A stretch of DNA of 49,544 nucleotides, counting the filler, from Candidatus Methanoxibalbensis ujae (GTDB taxonomy: Archaea > Halobacteriota > Syntropharchaeia > Alkanophagales > Methanospirareceae): the NCBI GenBank assembly GCA_026134085.1. It is 13 parts of 13 records of this genome, joined end to end, with 100 filler letters (N's around TTAATTAATTAA, not from the genome) between each part and the next. Parts side by side here need not be neighbours in the genome. Positions count along the whole stretch, not along the records: positions 37,388 to 40,277 come from JAOQIN010000081.1; positions 40,378 to 43,008 come from JAOQIN010000082.1; positions 43,109 to 45,310 come from JAOQIN010000084.1; positions 45,411 to 47,443 come from JAOQIN010000085.1; positions 47,544 to 49,544 come from JAOQIN010000086.1; 8 more parts are not named here. One strand, given 5' to 3'. Positions 38,288 through 47,755 of the stretch are shown here, one piece after another (within the stretch, counting starts at the first letter, position 1; the number at the start of each line of letters is the position of its first letter). The position numbers and the translations under genes were made by a program. The notes below the pieces were generated by a model. That model was not told the DNA's origin. It made no database searches and saw only the letters and a list, made by a program, of their open reading frames with translations.

Positions 38288-39214
38288 ATGAGAGAAAAAT
38301 TAGTTCTGGTAGTGACAGCAGTTGTGGCGATAGGTATATTTGCACTGCCAAGCACTATTTCGCTGTTCGCAGGGCAACATGCGTGGTATAACATATCAGA
38401 CGTGGGCAATGAAGTGCCTTGCGAGAAGTGTCATGCTGATGTTGCGGAGGAGATGGAAAAAATTACAGGACCGCACACGGGAGAAACGGGACATGGAAGG
38501 TTTAAGTGCGATTATTGTCATAGAACCTTTGATCTAAATGATTATGGTCCAGAGCCTAACCAAAATATTAACCAGAGCATTTTTTCGAGATACTATTACA
38601 CCTATGCTTCCGGGGATGGCACGGGTGCTCAGCCGGGCGTAGAGGCACATGCAGCTTCCACCGTTCCCTGTATGTACTGCCATAGCGGGGAAGATGAGGG
38701 TGGTAAGGGTACGCATGGTACTTTTACTTCAAACTGCTGCTTATGTCATCATGATGGTGACGACGATCATTACTATCATGGCAACAGATTTTATGATGGG
38801 GAAGCATCTCCAGAAAAGTGTGAGTGCATTAAGTGCCATCCAGTGAGTGGAGACTATGTACTTTATGTCCCACCGGCAGGAGGCTTCAACTTAACAGCCA
38901 ATTCGTCAGATACTGGCAAACTGGCAGCACATAAGGCTTTTGTGTTTGATGCGATAGGCAATCCAGATATGGAAGATGCGAACGAAGCATGCATAGCATG
39001 TCACACAGGGATACCGGTTAGAATAACATGGACGCATGCATACAGTTTGGAGTTCAACGCATCTTACGACAGAGGACTTCTTCTGCCACCCACGCACTTC
39101 AACACTTCAAACTACAATACGAATGGAACAGTTGTTGCCGTATCCTACGGAAATTGGTCCGGTGGTGCAAATGTGGGCGATTGGCCATCAGGAAACATCA
39201 CAATATGGGGCTGA
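38288..39214 (+). CDS. Hexaheme c-type cytochrome, paralog of the upstream gene
   Basis: CEKCH, CDYCH, CMYCH, CCLCH, CIKCH, CIACH; same leader and C-terminus as 37388-38209. Confidence 0.9.
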   Translation: MREKLVLVVTAVVAIGIFALPSTISLFAGQHAWYNISDVGNEVPCEKCHADVAEEMEKITGPHTGETGHGRFKCDYCHRTFDLNDYGPEPNQNINQSIFSRYYYTYASGDGTGAQPGVEAHAASTVPCMYCHSGEDEGGKGTHGTFTSNCCLCHHDGDDDHYYHGNRFYDGEASPEKCECIKCHPVSGDYVLYVPPAGGFNLTANSSDTGKLAAHKAFVFDAIGNPDMEDANEACIACHTGIPVRITWTHAYSLEFNASYDRGLLLPPTHFNTSNYNTNGTVVAVSYGNWSGGANVGDWPSGNITIWG

Positions 39215-39353
39215 TCTTCGTTTTTCTTTTTTCTTGTTATTTTTATTTTATATTAATATTAAATCTTAACTTCTCCCTTTTTAGGGTATAACTTTCCAGG
39301 GCACCACCGACCTTTCTCCCGCAATTAACAGCATAGCGTATATGTATCAATAT

Positions 39354-40160
39354 GGGATACATGGATGAATGGGTTAATGGCTTGAAGAAGGTAGGAAACA
39401 AGAGATAAAAAAGCAAAGAAGAGGAGAAAAAAGTCCGAATACGTCGGCAAACCCCGGAAGGATTGATAAAGAGAAGGGAGAAGAAGACAACTGTAAAGCA
39501 GTACGGAAATGCCTTGCTTCTTCACTCCGAAGTCCCCTCACTGAAGGCTTTTGAGAGCTGGAGGGAGGTATATGCTTTAGCGCTGGTCAGTTATACACCA
39601 GGAGGGTTAAAAATGGGAGTTTACATGGATATAAGACCAAACCTCTATCCAGAGAAGCTCTCATCAGTAGGAGGTCGGACTGGATCAAGAAAGCCAAGGT
39701 GCTGTTTTTAAAGCTTTAATGAGAGGAATTGAGACAATTACAGGATGCCGGACGAAGGAGGGATAGGCAGAGAGGAGGCTAAAAAAAGACTGGAGAGGGC
39801 TGGTAAAATTTTACTCATCTCTGATATTGATGTCAAGTCGAAGAACATCTTCCTGATGTACAAGCAAAGAGGGAGCATTGAATAATATTTACAGGAATTT
39901 GCTGAATGCTGACAGAATGTATTTACAGAGCGATGATGCTGTGTTCTGACATCTCTTTGTATCGTTTTTGGCTCTTTACAGGTATTGTAATCTCCAGCTG
40001 ATGTTAATAATTGCTGGATAAGCTCTCTCCAATGGATGAGGAGTTCTCCAAGGTTCACATGGTTAAGATTGGCGAGAAGGAGATCATGTCCGAGGTACCA
40101 AAGAAGGTGAGGAAGCCTGATGAGAAGCTTGGTCCGAACTTATCCCCCAAATGATGCGGA
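39354..40160 (+). pseudogene. IS1634-like transposase remnant
   Basis: Fragments KQYGNALLLH and AGKILLISDIDV...IFLMYKQRGSIE, LNADRMYLQ; many stops; boundaries approximate. Confidence 0.65.
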
Positions 40161-40377
40161 GTTAAAAATTATTTTTCATTATTTATCCAGCACCCTCAAC
40201 AAGAGGAGAGTGACAATTAGTCAGAGATCTCATACTGAGATATGGAAGAGGATCTCACGATTTGGTGGGACGATGAGNNNNNNNNNNNNNNNNNNNNNNN
40301 NNNNNNNNNNNNNNNNNNNNNTTAATTAATTAANNNNNNNNNNNNNNNNNNNNNNNNNNNNNNNNNNNNNNNNNNNN

Positions 40378-41180
40378 ATGATAGGGAATCCTCTATAATT
40401 CTCGATTCTGATGGACTGAAGGTGAAAAAGAAAGACCAAATTTGGAGCGAGACGCATATGGCAGTAGCTGGAAGATACGGTTTACTACTAACTTACAGCT
40501 CATTATCAGATTTTCTCGGTTCTGTTATGAAAGGTGAAGTGTCAAAAGAAGAAAAAGAGGTTGCTATTAGGCTTCTTTCAGCATTCTCACCGTTTATTGA
40601 TATATTTCTCAAATCACCGCTCTTGGCTCCCCTTCCGATATTTATCGAGGAGATTCTCAAAGCATGTGGAGTTAAAGTCAAGCCAGAAAAAAAGGAGTTT
40701 GGGATCGGAGCTTTTGAATTTGAGCCTCTGGTTTTCGCATCTTCAACCCTTCTTAAATATTATGATATGATCGATAAGAACTTAGAACTCACAGTTAAGG
40801 AGGCTCCATCAGGACTTGTAGATTCCGCAATCTTAAACCTAATAGTTTCAAAAGCTGAAAAAAAATCATTAATCGTGATAGAAGAACCTGAGGGACATAA
40901 GAATCCCGTAATGCAAATAGAGTTGATGAAGAATCTGATTAAAGCTGTGAAAGAGAAAGATTTGACATTAGTTCTTACCACTCATTCTGAGATGATAATA
41001 CACTCGGTTTTAAAAGAAATTGAAAAAGGTGATATAAGTTCCGATGATGTGAAGCTTCATTATTTCATCAGAAGTGAGCAAGAACCATGGACAGAGATAA
41101 AAGAGATAAATGTGCATGAAGATGGAAGCTTGGAAGAACCTTTGGAGGATTTCATAGAAGCCACCGTTAAGGTGTTTTAA
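40378..41180 (+). CDS. ABC/AAA_21-type ATPase, C-terminal part (5' truncated by contig edge)
   Basis: APSG signature-like motif, LIVIEEPEGHKNP (Walker B/D-loop), LVLTTHSE (H-loop). Confidence 0.82.
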
Positions 41181-41183
41181 ATA

Positions 41184-41624
41184 ATGAAAATGATCTTTGA
41201 CACCTCTGCCTTCATACCAAAAAATAAACCAGAAAGAGAGCGTGAAGCCATTATTGCATTAACTAAGCGTCTTCCAGATTTGGATATAACGATCTATGTT
41301 TCAAGGGAAATACTCAAAGAATATCGCTCAAAGCTGAAATTTTTTCCGGGCAGATTTCCTGATTTATTTAAAAATGTGATTCTTGAAGCATATCGTTATA
41401 AAACTTGCAAGTCTCTTCCATTTCATAAACTTAAGATTCACAGAATTGAACCCAAGATAAATTTAGACAGGAAGATGATTGAAAGGAGATGTAGGGAATA
41501 CGATCCTGAGGATGAGAAATTCTTAAAACTTTTCATATATCTTGGACAGCGAGACGATATTTACTTGATTACACTATCAGAAGATTTGGCTTGTATGGCA
41601 AAAGAATCTATAATGACTCTATAA
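41184..41624 (+). CDS. PIN-domain protein
   Basis: MIFDTSAFI, VS.EILKEY, DPEDEKFL, LIT..ED; starts 3 nt after the ATPase stop. Confidence 0.72.
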   Translation: MKMIFDTSAFIPKNKPEREREAIIALTKRLPDLDITIYVSREILKEYRSKLKFFPGRFPDLFKNVILEAYRYKTCKSLPFHKLKIHRIEPKINLDRKMIERRCREYDPEDEKFLKLFIYLGQRDDIYLITLSEDLACMAKESIMTL

Positions 41625-41655
41625 TCTGAGAGGACATTTGTGCGAGATAGGAGAT

Positions 41656-42138
41656 TTAATAAATTAACGCCCGTATATTTTCGAACATTCTTTTCCTCAT
41701 GAAGTTCTCTGAAACCTGAAATTCTTCTGCAAGCTCAGGTATCGGATTTGGATGCTCCTTCACCCATTCTTGATTCAGGACTTCTTTCAGTTTGTCTTCT
41801 GAAATCAAAAGATATGCCGCAAAAACCTCCGCTTCTCTTTCCTTTCTCCTCACTCTCATCCTGTTTGCAAAGTCCTCCTTATCATCAAGGAAGTAGTTTG
41901 CCTTTATTTTCTGATGGAAAAGGTGGTGTGCCAATGCATGAGCAATGAGATGCTTTTCTTGTGGATGCAAATCCGGATCAATAACGATTACTTTCAAATC
42001 TTTGAAGTAGGCTTCCTTGATTATCCTTCCGAGCTTCTCTTCCACCACTTCAGCTCCGAGCTTTTGAGCGAGTCCTTCAATGTCATCCGTGCCATACTTC
42101 TCCCTGATCTCATTCGCTTTTTTGATTATCCACTCCAT
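41656..42138 (-). CDS. ImmA/IrrE-family (Peptidase_M78) protein with HALAH in place of HExxH
   Basis: IAHALAHHLFH, EREAEVFAAYLLI, LAEEFQVS. Confidence 0.8.
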   Translation of the reverse strand: MEWIIKKANEIREKYGTDDIEGLAQKLGAEVVEEKLGRIIKEAYFKDLKVIVIDPDLHPQEKHLIAHALAHHLFHQKIKANYFLDDKEDFANRMRVRRKEREAEVFAAYLLISEDKLKEVLNQEWVKEHPNPIPELAEEFQVSENFMRKRMFENIRALIY

Positions 42139-42465
42139 TTTTGCTTTCTTCTTTTTATCTCGAGATACGCTTTGACAATCGCTTCTTTGTCCTCTTTTGG
42201 CATTCTCGGAATCTCCCTGAAAAGCTCAAGAAGTTCTTTCTCTTTTATTCCGAGTTCCTTAAGTTTCTCCTCAAAAAGCATATCTTCAAGCTCCTGGAAC
42301 TCTTAAAGTCTTCGCGATCTTTCTCAATTTCTCTTTTGAGAGCTAAAACAATCCTTTTTCAATGTCTGAAATGTAGCTGTTTGATGAATGTCCGAGCATC
42401 TCTGCAAGCTCTTTTTGCGTCAACCCCGCCTTTTCCCTTAACCTTCTTAACTTTTCTCCAAACAT
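42126..42465 (-). pseudogene. XRE-family HTH regulator (ImmR-like) with an internal TAG and a frameshift
   Basis: MFGEKLRRLREKAGLTQKELAEMLGHSSNSYISDIEKGLF*LSKEKLRKIAKTLRVP, then shifted-frame QELEDMLFEEKLKELG...KWSG*, overlapping the ImmA start. Confidence 0.78.
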
Positions 42466-42556
42466 CGTATAAAGATGATAAGAATTTCAATGAGGGTTGT
42501 CAATGCTATTTTATGGACATAATGATGTTTATTTTATGACTGAGCACTGCAACTTC

Positions 42557-42688
42557 CGATAACAGGCAGATATGCAGTTCGAGCTAACGCCCTCACCCAA
42601 TGACCAGCGCCAAACTTATATCTCGTCGAAGTATTACTTATCAATGATGGTAGGCGGTGGCACTTCGCATACCCGCAGGATGTTATAC
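42557..42688 (+). other. Integron attC-like recombination site
   Basis: CGATAAC-AG-GCAGATATGC...GCATACCCGC-AGGAT-GTTATAC; same architecture as 15832-15908; the next ORF starts 36 nt later behind only an RBS. Confidence 0.6.
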
Positions 42689-42724
42689 GCAATCACTCCA
42701 ATATGAAGGAGGTAATATCCCACC

Positions 42725-43008
42725 ATGAACATTGTATATATCTCGGGAAGTCCAAGGAAAAACAGTAATACGGATTACCTTTTAAAAATCACATTATCTG
42801 TAGCTGGCGGTCAATTTATAAAACTTGCAGATTATCGGATAGAACCATGTAAATCCTGTAGAGCCTGTCAAAAGTTAGATAAGTGCGTAATTGATGACGA
42901 TATGTGTAATATTATCATACCAACATTATTAAAAGCCGATGCTATTGTTATAGGCAGTCCGGTTTATTTCAACAATGTATCCGCCCAAACTAAAGCCTTC
43001 ATAGACCG
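42725..43008 (+). CDS. Iron-sulfur flavoprotein / NADPH-dependent FMN reductase family (3' truncated)
   Basis: ISGSPRKNSNT, CKSCRAC-X5-C, GSPVYF..VSAQ.K.FID. Confidence 0.88.
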
Positions 43009-43108
43009 NNNNNNNNNNNNNNNNNNNNNNNNNNNNNNNNNNNNNNNNNNNNTTAATTAATTAANNNNNNNNNNNNNNNNNNNNNNNNNNNNNNNNNNNN
43101 NNNNNNNN

Positions 43109-45289
43109 ATCATCTGCTTCGAGCGTGTATGTGCCCGGGATTGCATCTGTTGTATCAATGGTCGCCTCAAATATCGCCTCATCCTTTGATATCCACTCCA
43201 CCTCTGTCACCACTGATGGCAGATCCATGGGTCCAGCAATCGTTGATATCGTTATTTTTGTTCCTGGCTCCCTGTTTGTTGTGCCTGTCACATTCAAAGG
43301 TTCTCCAACTGGCACACTCTCAACAGGATTGAACCTCACATACGGCGATTCCACTTTGAAGTGTAACACACACATGAGGTCATCGCTCCCTGCTTTGTCC
43401 ACGGTTGCACCCTTCACCAAACTCAAGACCTGATCAGGATCTCTGCCCTTTATCCATTTTAGAAAGTCGGCCTCCGAGGTGTATCCATATTCCCACATCA
43501 AAGCGCCCATAATGTCCCCTTCTCCGCTGTCAGAAGAGCCATACTGTCCATCTCTGCCCGGTGATGTGACGATGCACACATATCTGCCTGTATCCGCATC
43601 ATCTGGTATCATTATATCTTCTTCAAATGTGTTGTCCTCAGCTACCGAGCCTGTTGTTATATAAAGTCCATTTCTAACGCTTAATCCGTTGCCTTCGTAT
43701 CCATCAGGACCCACAATTATGATGTCAACCTCGTCAACACCTGTTGCATTTCCTATCACCGTGTAATCATCATCTTCCGCAGCTACAACACTTGTCACCT
43801 GATCGCAGCTCAATCCGGGAGCGATCAACATGAGCGTGGCGCTCCCGTCCTCATCCGCAAACTCCGGTATATTATTTAGGTCATCCTCATGCGTATAACT
43901 GTATGGACAGTCAACATATACTCTCACATCCTTCCCGCCTGCTGTTTGTCCCTCAGTGTCCCATATCTCTTCAAATTCGTTGTCTGTGACTGCAACATCG
44001 TCGAACTCCAAGATCTCATCTATGTATATATCAACTGTGCTTCCAGCTGGAACATATCCATGTATTGTGACATCTTCTCCCACTTCCGCAGGATTTGGCG
44101 TCAGATCTATTGTCACCTCAAGTTCCTGGACATCAACATCTATCCAATCCCTCGCTCTCTCCTCCGCATCCCAATATGTGCCACTCGGCAGACTCGTGGG
44201 ATTATCGTAGTTGAACCATACTCTGACCGTGTATGTCCTGTCATCCGTGAAACGAATGACGATTTCGCACTTACCATCTTCATCTGTCTTCGCTGTGAAC
44301 TTCCCTTCTTCATATATCGCAGGAATCCCAGTAACATTTGAAAGATTTGTCTCGTATATACGGGATGTAGGAGCGTTATAGTTAGCATTGTCGGAGTGTC
44401 CTGTGAGGTTGAGAGGGTCATCTCCTCCATCGGTAACGACGACATCCTCAGGATGATTCACTGAGAAATTGAATATCGTATATGGAGGAGCTGTTACTGT
44501 GAAAGTCACATCCTCCTGCTCTGTTGGCTCACTCTTCTCTACATCTAAGCTTATCTCATACTCTCTTACGGTAAGCCTCTCCACATTTGATTTCAGATCC
44601 AGATCCCTCGCTTTATCTCCATCATCTGCCGTCTCAACCCATATCTTGTATTCTCCCGTGTATTTCCAGTTAGATGTATCTATGACATAGTTGAAAGCAT
44701 CAGATAGGTCACCGTAGAACTCCCGATATTCATGTCCTTTTGGATCCTCATACCATATCTCAACCATGTCGTCTCCCATTTGATTCCTAACTGTCACATT
44801 ATCTATCGCTATAAGATTCGTATAGAAGTCTATGGTTATTTTGCTTCCGAGCGTTGTTGATTCAATAGACTTTCCTGCCTCATCTTCAACATCTATCTCA
44901 AATATCGGCTCCGTCACTGATAGGTTCACATCTGTTCCTTCAACATGATATATGCCCTCTACCGTGAAGTAAGATTCTGTGTCATAGTTATGCGAAGTTG
45001 TTCCGTATGTCCTACCCTCTATGTCCTCCGGCATCACTCCTATTATCGTCAAACCTGTTTCGCTGAAATCGAGCGTCTGACCTATCAGCACAATGTATGT
45101 GCCTGCCTCACTAAGATCTATGAACGCCTTATCTCCTTCATTCGCAGTCCAAGGAGGTATCGTTTTTACTGGCACATATACCACCTTCCCGAGAGCAGCA
45201 GGCATCATCACAGCGAAAACTGAAGCCACTAAGACTGCTGCAATCAACGCCCCTGCAATCTTACTCTTCCCTTCCATTTCTTCTCTCAT
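43109..45289 (-). CDS. Large acidic S-layer-like surface glycoprotein (continues in 5533-6186)
   Basis: Signal peptide; strongly Asp/Glu/Thr-rich tandem Ig-like domains; SPGRDGQYG, AGSDDL, VTGTTNREPGT motifs as in Methanomicrobia-type S-layer proteins. Confidence 0.8.
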
Positions 45290-45418
45290 CACCTCCCTTC
45301 CGCTTTTCACNNNNNNNNNNNNNNNNNNNNNNNNNNNNNNNNNNNNNNNNNNNNTTAATTAATTAANNNNNNNNNNNNNNNNNNNNNNNNNNNNNNNNNN
45401 NNNNNNNNNNTTTCCAAC

Positions 45419-46255
45419 CTAAACATTTCCACCACTACCGCCACCATTAACATCGCCAATATCCCGTCCATCCTTCTTCTCCAATTCACGCAAAATTGCA
45501 TTTATCGCCGCAATGCACTCCCTACACATAATAACCGAAACTACGCTTTGCGGTGGATGCATTCTCCCGCATATTTGGCAAGTTATACGAATCGGGTCTT
45601 TCTTAACAGGCGTTAATATTCCATACTGCAAATCTTCCGTCTCCAATCCACTTCTCCTTGCTTCCTCCCACATATCCACCCATGATTTGACTACTTTCGC
45701 ACTAGATTGACTTTCTATTGCACTCATTAAATACCTTGCCCTCGTTTCTGGGTCATCTACCCTAGCCAATTCTTCAGCCACAGAAAGAGAAATTGATCTT
45801 TCGTGGAGTGCCTTTTGGATATCTGTTGGGAAATCTAATATTCTTAGTCGTCTTATGACATATTCTCTTGATTTGCCGATTGCTTCTCCTAATGATTTTG
45901 GAGTATGTCCTAACTGCTCTATTGCATCTTTAAAAGCACATGCTTCTTCAAGTGGGGTTAAGTCGTGTCTGGCTAGGTTTTCGGCTAGCATTATCTGTGC
46001 TTCTTTTTTATCATCCGCTTCAACCACAATGGCTTTTATCTTTTTTAAACCTGCTTTTTTGCAAGCTAGAAATCTTCTGTGTCCTGCTATGATTTCATAA
46101 CGTCCATTAACTGGTTTAATTGTGATTGGATTTATTAAACCTATGGCTTTGATGGATTCTGCAAGTTCATCAATATTTGTCTTTTCTGCTTCAAGTCTAA
46201 GAGGTGCTGGTGGGGGATTTATGAGTTCTATATCAATCTCTCTAAACTCACTCAT
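45419..46255 (-). CDS. ParB/RepB/Spo0J family protein with C-terminal CxxC...CxxC zinc finger
   Basis: LAESIK..GLINPI, YEIIAGHRRFLA, ENLARHDLTPLEEA, HTH, CQICG...CREC. Confidence 0.9.
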   Translation of the reverse strand: MSEFREIDIELINPPPAPLRLEAEKTNIDELAESIKAIGLINPITIKPVNGRYEIIAGHRRFLACKKAGLKKIKAIVVEADDKKEAQIMLAENLARHDLTPLEEACAFKDAIEQLGHTPKSLGEAIGKSREYVIRRLRILDFPTDIQKALHERSISLSVAEELARVDDPETRARYLMSAIESQSSAKVVKSWVDMWEEARRSGLETEDLQYGILTPVKKDPIRITCQICGRMHPPQSVVSVIMCRECIAAINAILRELEKKDGRDIGDVNGGGSGGNV

Positions 46256-46433
46256 TTTTTATTTTTTTTATCAACCTTTTTCTTTCTATATCTTGTAACA
46301 TTTGCGTGATAGCTCTATGTAAAAGGTCATACATCGTATCTTCATCTAAATCATTTGAATGCATACAAACATCCATTAACGCCACCATATATCCATGATA
46401 AAACTCTATTACGTCTTGTATTTCCTTATCCAT
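46248..46433 (-). CDS. Small hypothetical protein
   Basis: 61 aa; GGAG upstream; overlaps the parB start. Confidence 0.55.
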   Translation of the reverse strand: MDKEIQDVIEFYHGYMVALMDVCMHSNDLDEDTMYDLLHRAITQMLQDIERKRLIKKIKNE

Positions 46434-46548
46434 TTACAGCTCCATCCTTTTGGCACACTTCTTGCATACCACAAAAAACTTCCATTTGTCAACCCAAAAA
46501 AAAACCCCCGACACCCAAACGGGCACCGGGGGCTTAAATAGAATTTTA

Positions 46549-47016
46549 TTAGATTATTATGATTTCCTTAGATATAAAAGGAATTTGATATGGTTCTACT
46601 CTCTTAATACCTTCTTTAGAAACTTTAAACCATTCAGGGGGCTTCCTATTTTTGTAAGTGTATTCCTTTATGTAAATCTCATCCTTCAACTCGTATATGC
46701 CAAATTGAGACTGAGAATTACCATAACCGCCTACACTGTAATCTTCAAAGATTGGTTTTACAGCCTGACCGGTTTTATCGAAGACATCATAACCGTATCC
46801 GGAATTAAGCCATATAACAAGGTCTTTTTGTGTCTGTCCTTCGTTTATAAAGATATAAGAACATTTTCCTTTAGTTAAATAGCCTATTCTGGCGGAAAAT
46901 GGAGATTTTAGTTTCTTACCGGTGGTATTGACGACAATTAACCTCTGTCTTGTCGCCCCATTACAAGCAGTCCAAGGTCTTTCTTGCTCTGATAAAGTCA
47001 CGTTGCACCAAATCAT
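46549..47016 (-). CDS. Hypothetical protein (MGE-like)
   Basis: 155 aa; GAGGAG RBS; followed by a GC hairpin and T-run at 46495-46533. Confidence 0.6.
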   Translation of the reverse strand: MIWCNVTLSEQERPWTACNGATRQRLIVVNTTGKKLKSPFSARIGYLTKGKCSYIFINEGQTQKDLVIWLNSGYGYDVFDKTGQAVKPIFEDYSVGGYGNSQSQFGIYELKDEIYIKEYTYKNRKPPEWFKVSKEGIKRVEPYQIPFISKEIIII

Positions 47017-47032
47017 CTTTCCCTCCTCGCCC

Positions 47033-47224
47033 CTATATTTCTTCCTCGTCCCTGTCCGGGCCAGACAGAGACTCTTTTAAGAAAAACGGACGATGGCTCT
47101 CCACCATCGCCCTGATATAATCAAGAAGTATTCTTTCAATTGAAATACCATATACTTTAGAAATTCTAATCAAAATTTCTTGTTCACTTTCATCTAACTG
47201 ATGCATCAACTCTAACCACCACAT
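47033..47224 (-). CDS. Small hypothetical protein, possibly ribbon-helix-helix
   Basis: 63 aa; GGAGGTG RBS; LDESEQEILIRISKVYGISIERILLDYIR. Confidence 0.5.
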   Translation of the reverse strand: MWWLELMHQLDESEQEILIRISKVYGISIERILLDYIRAMVESHRPFFLKESLSGPDRDEEEI

Positions 47225-47543
47225 CTTGCACCTCCTACCCTAATTCATGCAATCCCCATGCCAAACCCAAAACCACCCAAAAATCCACATTTTTTATTTT
47301 CAAAGATATCCTGTCTCTGTATCCCAACCGCACACCCTCCAGCACTAAGTCCCCAATACAGCAACAAAACTTGTTCATGCACCAAAAACGCCCACATGTG
47401 CCAAACCGCCCACCAACAACAACTTTTTCCCCTTCCGTTTTGCNNNNNNNNNNNNNNNNNNNNNNNNNNNNNNNNNNNNNNNNNNNNTTAATTAATTAAN
47501 NNNNNNNNNNNNNNNNNNNNNNNNNNNNNNNNNNNNNNNNNNN

Positions 47544-47614
47544 ATGAGCGAAGGCTCATACGGCGGAGCTGCCCACCACGGCGGTCCCCACCACCAGGGA
47601 TGCCACCACCACAT
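47544..47614 (-). CDS. 5' end of a Trp/Pro-rich small protein (truncated by contig edge)
   Basis: GGTGGTGAG RBS, TATA-like TTTATATT upstream, MWWWHPWWWGPPWWAAPPYEPSL. Confidence 0.45.
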
Positions 47615-47755
47615 CTCTCACCACCTATGAATATTTATTCATTAAAATATAAATTGTTTTCAGCTGCATAAATTATTCTCAGCTGCGTGACTTTGCACGG
47701 AGGAGGATAAAGCAGACAGAGACGCTGCTATCTCCGTCGGGTGGAGAGCGAGGTG

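Noticed and set aside
42340..42350. In-frame TAG in the XRE gene (and TAG at 3788) as pyrrolysine
   Set aside because: Both genes also need a frameshift, and no pyl genes are in the window; decay is simpler.
47544..47630. His-rich peptide MSEGSYGGAAHHGGPHHQGCHHH on the + strand
   Set aside because: Better explained as the antisense of a Trp-rich minus-strand gene that has an RBS and a TATA box.
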